Positions 1 through 10,097 of a DNA stretch of 64,000 nucleotides are shown one piece after another. The notes under the pieces are model-generated. The model made no database searches. It was not told the DNA's origin and saw only the letters and a list, made by a program, of their open reading frames with translations. Each line of letters starts with the position of its first letter. Within the stretch, counting starts at the first letter, position 1. A program made the translations under genes and the position numbers. Origin of the DNA: an uncultured cyanobacterium (GTDB taxonomy: Bacteria; Cyanobacteriota; Cyanobacteriia; Phormidesmidales; Phormidesmidaceae); assembly GCA_963793265.1 (NCBI GenBank), contig CAWBZI010000001.1, positions 864,001-928,000 of the forward strand, read 5' to 3'.

Positions 1-3000
1 CTCTGACCAGCGAATGCCAGGAATGAGCGGGACAGAGCTGCTGCGCCTCACTGCCGACAGATACCCTAATTCCATTCGGGTCATGCTGACTGGCTACACC
101 GACGTAGAAGACCTAGTAGAAGCGATCAACGAAGGTAAGGTCTTCAAGTACGTCACTAAACCTTGGGAAGAAGAAGACTTGCGCACAGTCGTAAACCAAG
201 CAGTAGACACTCACAGCGTTCTCAGTGCACGCACTCAGGAACTCAATCGGGTATTGCGCCAAGAAACCCTACTCAACGCGATTACCAATACCATTCGCAG
301 CGCGCAGACCTCACAGGAGATGCTGAAAACAATCGTGGAGACGCTGGGTAAAGCCTTTGAGCTGGACTACGGCATTGTTAAGCCCATCTCTGATGTAGAA
401 CTAAACTCTCCGGCGTTCCACTATGTAGGCATTGAGGTGCCACAGTCTCGTCGAATAGATGGCTCAGCGGAGCTATCTCCTGACACCTTGGAATTGCTAG
501 AACGAACCGTTTGGCAAACAGCGTTTACACAGCATTTAGAAGTTCCTGAAGACGTCGCCGAGGCTTCACCTACTCAGGCAAACGCTGCGGCCTATCAGGC
601 GTTAGAAATTAGTACCAGCCTACTGATTCCACTCGCTTGTAAGCATGATGTATTGGCGGTGTTGGCACTTCATAAGTGCGCGCATCAAAAACCATGGGAA
701 GAGAGCGAGATTAAGCTACTGACGACTCTAGCCGATCAAGCAGCGCTTGCCCTTTCTCAGACCTGGACGTATGAGCGGGTACAGTCTTTAGCGCAAAGAG
801 AGGGACTGATTAATACCATCACGCAGGCGCTGCACGCCAGTTTGGAACCGAGCGAAATTTTTGCAGCTATTACTGAGAAGCTTGGCCAAGCACTTTATTC
901 TGATAGCTGTACACTATCGCTCTGGACAGACGGAAATTCTCAGTGCGTAGGGCGTTACGATGCGATGGCTATTACTGCTCCAATGCTGCCAGAGCCGAGT
1001 ATCGAAATTACTCGTCATCCTGTCTTCAGCCGTTTGCTCGCGACAAAGCAGCCCGTTGTGATCAATACAGCCGACTGCACTGACACTCATCTTTCTGCTA
1101 CAGGAATGGGCTCAACCAAGGCACTATTAGCAGTGCCCTTACTCGCAGACGCTAAGATCACAGGCTGCATTGAACTACAGCAAGCGCATTGCGATCGCCA
1201 ATGGCAAAAAGACGAAGTAACCCTAGCGCTAGCCGTCGCCAACCAGGCCGCCGTCGCCGTACAGCAAGCCAATCTCTACCAAAAGAGCCGTCACCAGGCC
1301 GAACAGCTCTTAGAACTTGACCAGCAAAAAAACGCCTTTTTCCAAAACATCTCTCACGAATTTCGCACGCCGCTGACCCTTACCATTGGCCCGCTAGAAT
1401 CAGCCGTAGAGCGGGATGAAGGTCTAGATCCAGCGCAGTCAAAAATTGCGCTCCGAAATTCTCGACGACTGCTCAGGCTAGTTAACCAACTGCTCGATCT
1501 TCAGCGGCTAGATGCAGGTAAAATGCAGCCAACCTTCAGGCCCTGCGACTTTGCTCTATTTACCACAGAAGTTGTCGAGTCATTTCAAACTTACTGCGAA
1601 CGAAAAGAAATTGCGCTCAGTACTGATATCAGCACCTGCCCGCCGGTCTATCTGGATATAGAGAAGTTCGATAAGGTTCTCTATAACCTGCTCTCCAACG
1701 CCATGAAATTTACCCCAGCCGGTAAATCTATCACCGTCAGGCTCAAAGAAGCGAACGGCATGGCTCAGCTACAGGTGCAAGACGAAGGCATCGGCATCCG
1801 CGAAGACCAAATTCCTCACTTATTTGAGCGGTTTCGCCAGGCTGACGGCTCTGCGAACCGGCACTATGAAGGAACGGGACTAGGGCTATCGCTAGTGCAG
1901 GAGCTTTCTGAGCTACACGGCGGAAAAGTAACCGTGAACTCAAACTATGGGCAGGGCACGACCTTCACGATTGATTTACCTTTAGGCGCTAAGCATCTGC
2001 CCGCCGATCAGGTTATAGAAGAAACGCTTCAAACCCAAAAGGGTCGAGCGGCCATAGAACTATCTGATATTGAAATGGCCTCAGCAACGGCGGATCGCCC
2101 GGTAAGCTTGCCAGATGAAGTGAGCGGCGATCAAACCGAAAGGGCTTCTTTTGAAGGCTCTCAGATTCTAGTCGTAGATGATAATCCTGACCTGCGAGCC
2201 TATGTCTCTAGCGTATTGCAGCGCGTAGGCTATCAGGTACGAACGGCCGAACAGGGCGCAGCTGGGCTCGAAATGGCTACAACTCATCATCCCGACCTGA
2301 TTATTACTGACTTGATGATGCCAGGCGTTAACGGGCTCGAAATGATTGAGCGGATTCGCAAAGACACCGCGCTTCAGGGTACGCCGATTGTTTTGCTCAC
2401 GGCCAAAGTAGACAGTGAAACCCGATTGGAAGGCGTTGAGCAGGGTGCAGACGCCTACCTGTCTAAACCGTTCAATGACAGAGAGCTGCTAGCAGAAGTC
2501 CGCAATCTGCTAGCGCTCAAAGCTAACGAGCGCAAGGTGGCTCAGCTCAATCAGTATTTAACCGAGTCTGTGCTGCAGCGCTTTTTGCCACCCTCTCTGG
2601 TGAAAAAGGCCAATGAAGGCAAGTTGCAGCTAGATTTGCGGCCTGAGCCTCGCTTGGTCACGGTTCTGTTTAGCGACATTGTGGGCTTTACGCAGTTGAG
2701 CAATACCTTGCGATCGCGCCGAGTCGCTGAACTGCTCAATGAATACTTAGAAACCATGACCCACGCCATTTTCAACAACGGTGGCACGGTCGATAAATTC
2801 ATGGGTGATGCGGTACTTGCGCTTTTTGGCGCGCCAGAAGAGATGAGTCCGAATGAGCAGGTCAAGCGGGCGATCGCTTCTGCCCGTCAAATGTACAAAG
2901 ATCTAGACGGACTCAATAAGCGCTGGGCCGAGCAAGGCATCGGCCCCGTAAAATTCCGCTGCGGCATCCACCAGGGCACCGCCGTTGTGGGTATGTTTGG

Positions 3001-3208
3001 CAGCTCCGAACGCTCCGACTACACCGCCATCGGCCCCAGCGTTAACATCGCCGCTCGCATCCAAGAATCAGCCACCGCCGAAACCATCCTGGTGTCCGCC
3101 GCCGTTGCTGATTACCTAGACGAACAGGAAATTGTAAAATTTGAGCCGCTAAAGCTCAAAGGCATCGACGAAACCGTCCTAACCTTCGGCGTCAAAACAC
3201 GTCTATAG
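1..3208 (+). CDS. cyaC: CyaC-type multidomain adenylate cyclase (REC-GAF-GAF-HisKA-HATPase-REC-cyclase), 5' end outside window
   Basis: Frame open from base 2 (SDQRMPGMSG, mid receiver domain); two GAF domains; H-box SHEFRTPL; NLLSNAMKFT and GTGLGL boxes; second receiver (VVDDN, TDLMMP, SKPF); class III cyclase motifs VLFSDIVGFT, DKFMGDA, DYTAIGPSVNIAAR. Confidence 0.92.
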   Translation, partial: SDQRMPGMSGTELLRLTADRYPNSIRVMLTGYTDVEDLVEAINEGKVFKYVTKPWEEEDLRTVVNQAVDTHSVLSARTQELNRVLRQETLLNAITNTIRSAQTSQEMLKTIVETLGKAFELDYGIVKPISDVELNSPAFHYVGIEVPQSRRIDGSAELSPDTLELLERTVWQTAFTQHLEVPEDVAEASPTQANAAAYQALEISTSLLIPLACKHDVLAVLALHKCAHQKPWEESEIKLLTTLADQAALALSQTWTYERVQSLAQREGLINTITQALHASLEPSEIFAAITEKLGQALYSDSCTLSLWTDGNSQCVGRYDAMAITAPMLPEPSIEITRHPVFSRLLATKQPVVINTADCTDTHLSATGMGSTKALLAVPLLADAKITGCIELQQAHCDRQWQKDEVTLALAVANQAAVAVQQANLYQKSRHQAEQLLELDQQKNAFFQNISHEFRTPLTLTIGPLESAVERDEGLDPAQSKIALRNSRRLLRLVNQLLDLQRLDAGKMQPTFRPCDFALFTTEVVESFQTYCERKEIALSTDISTCPPVYLDIEKFDKVLYNLLSNAMKFTPAGKSITVRLKEANGMAQLQVQDEGIGIREDQIPHLFERFRQADGSANRHYEGTGLGLSLVQELSELHGGKVTVNSNYGQGTTFTIDLPLGAKHLPADQVIEETLQTQKGRAAIELSDIEMASATADRPVSLPDEVSGDQTERASFEGSQILVVDDNPDLRAYVSSVLQRVGYQVRTAEQGAAGLEMATTHHPDLIITDLMMPGVNGLEMIERIRKDTALQGTPIVLLTAKVDSETRLEGVEQGADAYLSKPFNDRELLAEVRNLLALKANERKVAQLNQYLTESVLQRFLPPSLVKKANEGKLQLDLRPEPRLVTVLFSDIVGFTQLSNTLRSRRVAELLNEYLETMTHAIFNNGGTVDKFMGDAVLALFGAPEEMSPNEQVKRAIASARQMYKDLDGLNKRWAEQGIGPVKFRCGIHQGTAVVGMFGSSERSDYTAIGPSVNIAARIQESATAETILVSAAVADYLDEQEIVKFEPLKLKGIDETVLTFGVKTRL

Positions 3209-3286
3209 CAGCCCGTAAAAGTGCTAGCTTGTTAGAAATTCAGCGGATTTACATAGTACGCCGCTGCTAACAGAAATTTTAGGCAG

Positions 3287-4321
3287 ATGGTTTCGCCGCT
3301 CAAAACTTGGAAACACCCTGAATCTGAACAACTTTGGCCCATCTTAGGCGGACTTTCCGTACTAGCTCACATCGGCATATTAGGCTTCAGCCTGCCCTAT
3401 GTATTTGAGTTAATGCAGACCTCTGGCTCGTCAGAGTCCGCCGCGACTATTCCCATAGAACTCATCGTCGAGCCTTCTCAAAATCCTGACGATGCCGTAT
3501 CAAATCAGATTCAATCCACAGACACAGGCCCGATTCAGCCTGAAGTCTCCTCTAATGAGTCTGATGCTATTAGTGGCGCTGAGGCAACCCCCTTATTTCA
3601 GGAACCTTCGACAAATGCAGCACCGCTAGAACCAACACCGACTGCCACAAAGGCTGAGTCTCAAGAAAGGCAAAGCAGCGATCGCTCAACAAGCACATCC
3701 TCCGGTTCTACTAACGAAGAGAGCGGAGGAACCGCAGAAACCGAAAGCAGCACAAGTAGTACAGACTCTCCTGAGAGTACCTCTCCGTCACCTGCTCAAG
3801 ATACAGAAAGTCAAACCACTGGTTCAGGCGAAGACAATCTTGAAGCAAGCAATAACGAGCCGACAGAGCTACCAACCATTGCTAGCGAAGGAGTTTTGCC
3901 AGCGCCAGAGGAATTAACTCAAGCAGCAAATGCGCGATCGCTCCAATCAGCCGCGCTAAGCATTGTGGACTTCAGTGAAGTAGACGGCATTCAGCGAGAC
4001 GTAGGCAAAACGCCGCCTCGACCAAAAGAAGGGAACCTATCGAGTGCTATCGTGCTCAATCCTAGCGACGCAGGCTGCGGGCGACTTGAATTCTCACAGC
4101 AGCAGTGGGTCTATAGAGTAGCGGTGCGCGAGAACGGCACGATTCAAACGGCAACGCCTTGGACGGGAGGAATTAGTAAGCCGTTGAGTATAGAGGAAGA
4201 GGCGATCACCTGCCTCATAGAAAACGCGGGCTTCGAGTTTGAACCTGCCCTTTTTGATGGACAGCCGATATTAGATGACAACCTGCTGCTCACTATCAGC
4301 CTGATCGAGGTGCCTCAATAG
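3287..4321 (+). CDS. Membrane-anchored protein with TonB-like architecture
   Basis: N-terminal TM with S-x3-H (LSVLAHIG), long S/T/E/P-rich linker, C-terminal VYRVAVRENGTI...FEFEPALFDGQPI resembling the TonB C-terminal domain. Confidence 0.55.
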   Translation: MVSPLKTWKHPESEQLWPILGGLSVLAHIGILGFSLPYVFELMQTSGSSESAATIPIELIVEPSQNPDDAVSNQIQSTDTGPIQPEVSSNESDAISGAEATPLFQEPSTNAAPLEPTPTATKAESQERQSSDRSTSTSSGSTNEESGGTAETESSTSSTDSPESTSPSPAQDTESQTTGSGEDNLEASNNEPTELPTIASEGVLPAPEELTQAANARSLQSAALSIVDFSEVDGIQRDVGKTPPRPKEGNLSSAIVLNPSDAGCGRLEFSQQQWVYRVAVRENGTIQTATPWTGGISKPLSIEEEAITCLIENAGFEFEPALFDGQPILDDNLLLTISLIEVPQ

Positions 4322-4411
4322 TTTCTGAGTGAACACCAGAAAAATTACCTATAGGCTCTAAGCACAAAACCATGATACGGTATCTAAGCTATTATCGAGA
4401 TAGCGCCATTT

Positions 4412-4482
4412 GCGGGTGTAGTTTAGTGGTAAAACTCTAGCCTTCCAAGCTAATAATGGGGGTTCGATTCCCCCCACCCGCT
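4412..4482 (+). tRNA. trnG: tRNA-Gly (TCC)
   Basis: Cloverleaf: acceptor GCGGGTG/CACCCGC, D-arm GTTT/AAAC, anticodon loop CTTCCAA, T-arm GGGGG-TTCGATT-CCCCC; CCA not encoded. Confidence 0.96.
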
Positions 4483-4499
4483 TCTACTACTCCAAAACT

Positions 4500-6785
4500 C
4501 TACAGTTCGTTAGCCGCTACTTCCGGTGAAGGATTTTCTACGGACATAGGCTCCAGTATGGGCTCAGATGCGTTCTGTTCTCTCGACTCTAGATCTACCC
4601 CTAGAGCGGCCTCACGCAGCGCAACATTATGACCCTTATGCCCATTAATCACCATTCCCAAAACAGAAGCACTGGAACTCTCCAAGTCTTCTATAGTTTG
4701 TTGTAGTAAGGACTTATTAGTCTGATCTAACCTAACTACTAAAACCAGTCCATCGGTTTGATGACTGATAATACCAGCATCAGCAAGCCCAGAAAGTGGC
4801 GGCACATCAATCAAGATGAGATCGTAGAACTTCTCGTAATAAGACAAGATTTCTCGCATCTTAGGAGAGCCTAAAAGATTAGCCGGATTCTCAGCAGGCG
4901 GGCCGCCCGTAACAACATAGAGCTTTTCGTCAGGCCGAACCTGTTGTAGTCCTTCAGGCGGCTTTAGCTCTGTACTCAGCAAAGTACTCAGCCCAACCTG
5001 ATTGGGAATATCTAGAATTCGGTGTACCTGCGGATTTCTCAAAACACCATCTATCAGCAGCACTCGCTGGCCCATACTAGCTGCTGTTTCAGCCCAGTTG
5101 AGCGCCAGCGTAGATTTACCATCGCCCGGACTCACAGAGCTGACGGTGATTGTACGAGCAGGTTTATCAGCGCCGCTCATTTTCAGCTTGAAGTTGATCA
5201 CGCGCAGCGCTTCTACAAACTCAGCAGACGTATCGTATTCATCTAGCAGTGAAAGAGCGATCGCGCTCATAGATTTTGAGACTTTTGCGCTGGATTTAAT
5301 GAGCAGCGATCGCATACGACTCAGCAATTTCCGCTTACGCCGACCACCGTTTCCCTCCATATCATTTAAGAAAAGCTGTTGATTGAAAGGCAATACGCCC
5401 AATACAGGCAGCTTAACTTTAGCCCTTAGCTGCTCGGTAGAGTGATAAGTATTATCCAGCTTGTCTATAGCAAAAGCAAAAGCGCCACCCAAAGCAAGCC
5501 CCATCAACAAAGCTGTAGCCAAATCCTTCACCGTATCTGAAGCGATTGGATAAGTAGATGGCTCCCTGACGACCTCCCAAGGAATCTCTCTTTGAGCGGC
5601 CTCAACTTGCAGCGTTTGCCGCGTCTTCAAAAAGTCCGTCAAGCTGTCGCCTGCGAGTTCTATCTCTTTCTGTAAAGATCCATACTGCCGGTTCAACACA
5701 GGCATTGCTCGAAGCTGACGCTCCAAACCAGCCCGCGTCTCATTAACTGCCGCCAGTTGAGTTTCCAAAGACTGCAACCGAACAGTCGCCTCTGCAAAGC
5801 GGTTAGCAATAAAGCGTTCGGCCTGCTGCTCTAACAGCGGAAATAAGTTCGCGCGCTGCTTCTCAAGGCTCTGAATCGCCGGATTCTCAGGGCGAAAGCG
5901 AGTTAGCTCTACAGCAATCTGAGCCTCAATCGCTCTAATCTGATTTTGCAGCGCCCGATAGGCAGGATCTTGCTCTATGGCAACTTGCATTCCATCATCT
6001 TGCTGCAAAACACTAGCCTGCGACTGAACAGTCACTATTGCCTGTTCTAGCTCCTGTTGTTGCTGTCTAAGTACGGCTATCTGACCAGCAATTTGCGCAG
6101 ACTCAGCGCCAGGATCTACAAAGCTATTCTGCTGCTGAAAAGCTTCCAACTCATCTTGCAGGCCGTTTAACTGGGTTCCTAAGCTTTCGATTTGTTCATC
6201 GACAAACTGAAGCCCCTGGCGAAGGTATGTCTGCCGCTCATTCAAACTATACTGCAAATATTTTTGTGCTAAAGCTTCTAGTACTGCTTGAACTTGAGCA
6301 GCGTCGCTGCTTTCGTAAGCAATTTGCAACAGTTTAGTCTCACCTACACGTCTTATCTGAATGCCATTAGCAAGCAGCCCGTAGCGTAATTCTGGATAGC
6401 TCGGCTGTAGCGATTCTGCAACTTCACCTAACAGCTCTGGGCTTTTTAAGATAGCTACCTGCGTAGGATAGTCCAATGCTGAGCGCTGTCTGCGACTAGC
6501 CCCCGTTGGATCTGCTAGGCTCGCATTTTCAGCATTGACAGGCTCTACCAAAATTTGGAATCCACCTGTATATTGAGTCGGCTGGTTCAGCGTATTCCAT
6601 GCCGAATAGCCAAAAAACGTAACGGCCACACCCAAAACAACGAAGGCCCTTCGCTTCATCAAGCCTAAAACTGTTCCAACACCGCCTTCATTGCTATCCA
6701 TAGTTGCTTGTGCAGCAGCAGGTAGTCGGCTCGCAGATAGGTAGCTACCTGACATAGAACTTGGTGTAGATGATGATTCTGTCAT
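4500..6785 (-). CDS. wzc: Wzc/GumC-like polysaccharide co-polymerase with BY-kinase-like domain
   Basis: Two TM segments flanking a coiled-coil periplasmic region; Walker A SPGDGKST; Walker B ILIDVPP. Confidence 0.88.
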   Translation of the reverse strand: MTESSSTPSSMSGSYLSASRLPAAAQATMDSNEGGVGTVLGLMKRRAFVVLGVAVTFFGYSAWNTLNQPTQYTGGFQILVEPVNAENASLADPTGASRRQRSALDYPTQVAILKSPELLGEVAESLQPSYPELRYGLLANGIQIRRVGETKLLQIAYESSDAAQVQAVLEALAQKYLQYSLNERQTYLRQGLQFVDEQIESLGTQLNGLQDELEAFQQQNSFVDPGAESAQIAGQIAVLRQQQQELEQAIVTVQSQASVLQQDDGMQVAIEQDPAYRALQNQIRAIEAQIAVELTRFRPENPAIQSLEKQRANLFPLLEQQAERFIANRFAEATVRLQSLETQLAAVNETRAGLERQLRAMPVLNRQYGSLQKEIELAGDSLTDFLKTRQTLQVEAAQREIPWEVVREPSTYPIASDTVKDLATALLMGLALGGAFAFAIDKLDNTYHSTEQLRAKVKLPVLGVLPFNQQLFLNDMEGNGGRRKRKLLSRMRSLLIKSSAKVSKSMSAIALSLLDEYDTSAEFVEALRVINFKLKMSGADKPARTITVSSVSPGDGKSTLALNWAETAASMGQRVLLIDGVLRNPQVHRILDIPNQVGLSTLLSTELKPPEGLQQVRPDEKLYVVTGGPPAENPANLLGSPKMREILSYYEKFYDLILIDVPPLSGLADAGIISHQTDGLVLVVRLDQTNKSLLQQTIEDLESSSASVLGMVINGHKGHNVALREAALGVDLESREQNASEPILEPMSVENPSPEVAANEL

Positions 6786-6891
6786 AGCTTCAAAACAGTT
6801 AGCGGTACGTCAGCTAGCTTATATAGAGGAGGTCAGAAGTTTGATATTTAGGAGAGTGGAAGGCTGAACTTTGGATAAAAGCACAGGGACT

Positions 6892-8592
6892 TTAGAGCAG
6901 TAATAAAAACGGCCAAACCAGATTGAACGACCTAGCAAATCCACTGATACTGTCATCAAAGGCAGCCTTTCCAGAGCGACCGACAACGATGACATCATTC
7001 GGACGTAAGATAGGGTTGGTTTCAGGATTGATATCTTGGGAAAGATCAATATCTATATCTTGTCTATCAACAGTGCCATTCGGATTAAAGCGAACCAGCG
7101 TCGCTTCCGACCGCGCTCTTCTGTTCACGCCTCCTGATGCTAATAAGGCTTGATTGAAGGAGGTATTAGCACTTACTTCTAGCTGTCCGGGACTTTCAAC
7201 TTCGCCAACAACGTTAACTTGAATCGTTCCAGAAGAAAGACTAGAGGCTGCCAGTGAAGTCAAATCATCAACAGATAATTCAGATGCAGTGGGTACTAGC
7301 AGCGTATCTCCCTGCTGAAGCACAAGGTCTTGGCTCAAGTCACCATTCTGAAGCAGTGACCACAGATTTATATCAAATACCTGCTCTGTACCCTGGCGAG
7401 TTTGACGGCGCAGTTGAACCTTTCTGAGGTCGGCTGAAGCAGTAATTCCACCAGCCTTTTGAAGTGCCTGCACTAGAGTAGCGCTCCCGCCCTCAGAGGT
7501 CATTCTATAGGGGCCAGGCTGCGTGACTTCGCCAATAACGGCAATATCAACCGGCTGATTTGTATTAGCGCGAAGATTTGAGCCCGCTAGCTGATCTAAC
7601 GCCACTCTATCTAGCTGAGTAGAAGAAGGAATCACAATAGCATCACCATCTTGCAAAAATATATTTTGGTCAATATCGCCATTCTGCAAGAGAGACAACA
7701 AATCTATTCTACTTATCGTCCGAGTGCCATTTGAATCCTTGCGCCTAACTTCAATCTGTGTGAGGTTTGCCGCCTGCGTAACACCACCAGCCTGCTGAAG
7801 CGCCTGAAACAATCTAGGATGCTCTTGCCCGGTACCGCTCAGCGTGTAAAGACCGGGTTGAACAATCTCTCCTGATATGGCAACTTGTAGTGGTCGCTGT
7901 TGAATGACATTGATAGTGACAATGGGCGACTGAAGCTGAGATAAGTAGAGAGAGGCGATCATCTCTGCCGCCTGACCTACACTCAATCCTCTGATATTAG
8001 TTCTACCAATTAGAGGCAAATTGATCGTGCCGCCCGTAGAGATGCGATGCTGTCCGCTGTATTCAGGGACGTTAAAAAAATCAACCGAGATGATATCGCC
8101 TGCGCCTAATACATAGTTCTCATCTACGCCAGCACTTAATAGCGAGAAACCATCTAGCTGATTCGCGTCTAGTAATACTTCTGACGCATCGGGTTCTGCT
8201 GTCTCTACAGAACTCTCTAAAAGAGACTGAGCAACAACTCTTCTGATCTGGGTTTGGCTGGGTTCAGTTACCGAGAAAGAAATTACATTTTGATCGAGAG
8301 AGCCCATCGGCAATAGGTCGAGCGCTGTAGAAGTATGTAGCACCTGAGGAGAAGCTACATGTCCTAAAGAGGGTAAGTAAAAGTTTGGCGCAGGCGGATC
8401 GCTAAGCAGCGGTTGTGCTTGAGATTTGAAGTCATCCACCGTCGCTTTAGCAATGAACGCTTCAGTCCTGCTGATAGCTTCAGGGGGTAGCGTGTCTGAA
8501 TTAGCCGCGCTCAAGGCCTCAGCACTACACCAGAACCAAGCCAGCATTCCAGCACTGGTGAAGCCCAACGTAAGTAATGGAGATATACGCAT
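6892..8592 (-). CDS. wza: Wza-like polysaccharide export protein with SLBB repeats
   Basis: Poly_export motif YVLGAGDIISV...GTINLPLIG; repeated GEV.QPG.Y / ALQ.AGG units; adjacent to wzc. Confidence 0.88.
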   Translation of the reverse strand: MRISPLLTLGFTSAGMLAWFWCSAEALSAANSDTLPPEAISRTEAFIAKATVDDFKSQAQPLLSDPPAPNFYLPSLGHVASPQVLHTSTALDLLPMGSLDQNVISFSVTEPSQTQIRRVVAQSLLESSVETAEPDASEVLLDANQLDGFSLLSAGVDENYVLGAGDIISVDFFNVPEYSGQHRISTGGTINLPLIGRTNIRGLSVGQAAEMIASLYLSQLQSPIVTINVIQQRPLQVAISGEIVQPGLYTLSGTGQEHPRLFQALQQAGGVTQAANLTQIEVRRKDSNGTRTISRIDLLSLLQNGDIDQNIFLQDGDAIVIPSSTQLDRVALDQLAGSNLRANTNQPVDIAVIGEVTQPGPYRMTSEGGSATLVQALQKAGGITASADLRKVQLRRQTRQGTEQVFDINLWSLLQNGDLSQDLVLQQGDTLLVPTASELSVDDLTSLAASSLSSGTIQVNVVGEVESPGQLEVSANTSFNQALLASGGVNRRARSEATLVRFNPNGTVDRQDIDIDLSQDINPETNPILRPNDVIVVGRSGKAAFDDSISGFARSFNLVWPFLLLL

Positions 8593-9194
8593 AGGAAAAC
8601 ACTTCTACTAAATAAGCGACTACAAAACTGACTAGCAAAACCTGACGGATGCACATTAGAGAGTGCGCTACCCTGCCTCACCCGGAGATCAACATCGTTT
8701 TTCCTATCTCTCTTTCTAGGTGTTGCCCTACTTATACGTAGAGAGAACAACTATATATTCAGCATAAAAGTACTGAACCCGGCTATTTCACCTACGTATT
8801 AATGCGCAAATAGGTGATTTTTGTAAGAACCGTGTAAGGCGAATATGCGCAAGCATAAAGAAACAACCTTGTTTATACGGAAATACCCCAAAGCACAAAA
8901 GCATAGAGTTAGTATTTATACATGGTCGGAGCGGAAATCACGGATGCCTACCACGCATCAAAAGAATCGAAACAATCGCTTCTTAACGATGCTATAGGCT
9001 CTCTTGAGCTAGCGCCTCACCAATAAACTCAATAGCTCACAAAAAACAATAAAAGATGCTGCTAATACTATTCCCTATAGTTTCAGCGTATTTGAATTAA
9101 GAGCTACACAAGATTTCATTGCGTGAATCTACCAAGGGTTTAGGCTACCAAGATTAAATCCAACCCATACGTAACAAAGACGGAATAAAGGAAC

Positions 9195-9851
9195 ATGACA
9201 CTTAAGAACTTCACAAAAACAGCAGCGATCGCAGCAACAGTACTATTAGGGGCATTAATTAGCGCTAGTCCAGCTAAAGCACTCAGCATGGGCGACACCT
9301 TAAATTTCAGTACAGATCCTAACAGTAACTCTAACCTCGCAACCCTAACAGACGACGGCAACGGTTTCTTCAGCTTTGATGCAGGCGTTCTTCAGATAGA
9401 CCAAGCCTCTCCCTTTGGAGCTGTCGGTGATACTATCACCGATGCCATCCTGACCCTTCAGCAAGTAGCTACCCACGCAAACGCGATCGCTTCGTATGAG
9501 CTAGTAGACAGTAACGTCCTTTGGCTCTCTGGATTGAGTGATGATATGGGTGGCTCAAGCCGTAGATATACCCTCACCAAGTTCATTCTCAATCAAGAGA
9601 GCCAGCCACTCTCTAACGGTTCATTCGCATTCACTGCAGCCACAGACGGCTTTATCCAACCACCCACACCAGGCGTGCAAGGTATTGGCGGTCTAGGCGG
9701 CTTCGGTGGGCTCAGTTCTGATGGCTCTACTGTCGCTGGTAGCGTTGCTGTAGTCCCCACACCAGCAGCCGTTCTACCGGGGCTGATGGGATTAGGCACA
9801 GCAGCTTTCCGCAAGAAAAAGAAAGAAGGCGAAGAAGAGATAGCAGTGTAG
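9195..9851 (+). CDS. Secreted protein with PTPA-CTERM sorting signal
   Basis: Signal peptide ending SPAKA; C-terminal VPTPAAVLPGLMGLGTAAF followed by RKKKK; RBS AAGGA upstream. Confidence 0.88.
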   Translation: MTLKNFTKTAAIAATVLLGALISASPAKALSMGDTLNFSTDPNSNSNLATLTDDGNGFFSFDAGVLQIDQASPFGAVGDTITDAILTLQQVATHANAIASYELVDSNVLWLSGLSDDMGGSSRRYTLTKFILNQESQPLSNGSFAFTAATDGFIQPPTPGVQGIGGLGGFGGLSSDGSTVAGSVAVVPTPAAVLPGLMGLGTAAFRKKKKEGEEEIAV

Positions 9852-9892
9852 GCGATTAGAAAGGGTAGAGTTCGAGAACAAGTCACCAATAC

Positions 9893-9935
9893 AAGCGGAC
9901 GTTCTGCCTAATAGATGGCGGAACGTCCGCTTTCT
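9893..9935 (+). terminator. Intrinsic terminator / stabilising hairpin after the PTPA-CTERM gene
   Basis: 16-bp stem AAGCGGACGTTCTGCC / GGCGGAACGTCCGCTT (one G-U pair) followed by T-rich sequence. Confidence 0.75.
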
Positions 9936-10037
9936 ACTTTGTGCCCTAACAGATTTCATTTACAGCATCGGCACAGTCTGAAATTGCAGATTTTCCGTAT
10001 CGGATCGGAGGACTTAAGGGTTGAACTGGGATATATA

Positions 10038-10067
10038 TTCATATACCAACTTTTCATATACCAACTT
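10038..10067. repeat. Perfect 15-bp tandem duplication TTCATATACCAACTT x2
   Basis: Read directly; lies about 30 bp upstream of the ATG at 10098. Confidence 0.9.
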
Positions 10068-10097
10068 TTTCGTATTACCCAAACCCTCATTCCAACT

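Noticed and set aside
4437..4453. C-A mismatch at the top of the tRNA-Gly anticodon stem as a pseudogene sign
   Set aside because: Rest of the cloverleaf is intact and I recall the same feature in plastid trnG-UCC
9915..10097. Long N-terminus of the HpsJ-like ORF
   Set aside because: Starts inside the terminator hairpin and reads through the tandem repeat; ATG 10098 is more plausible
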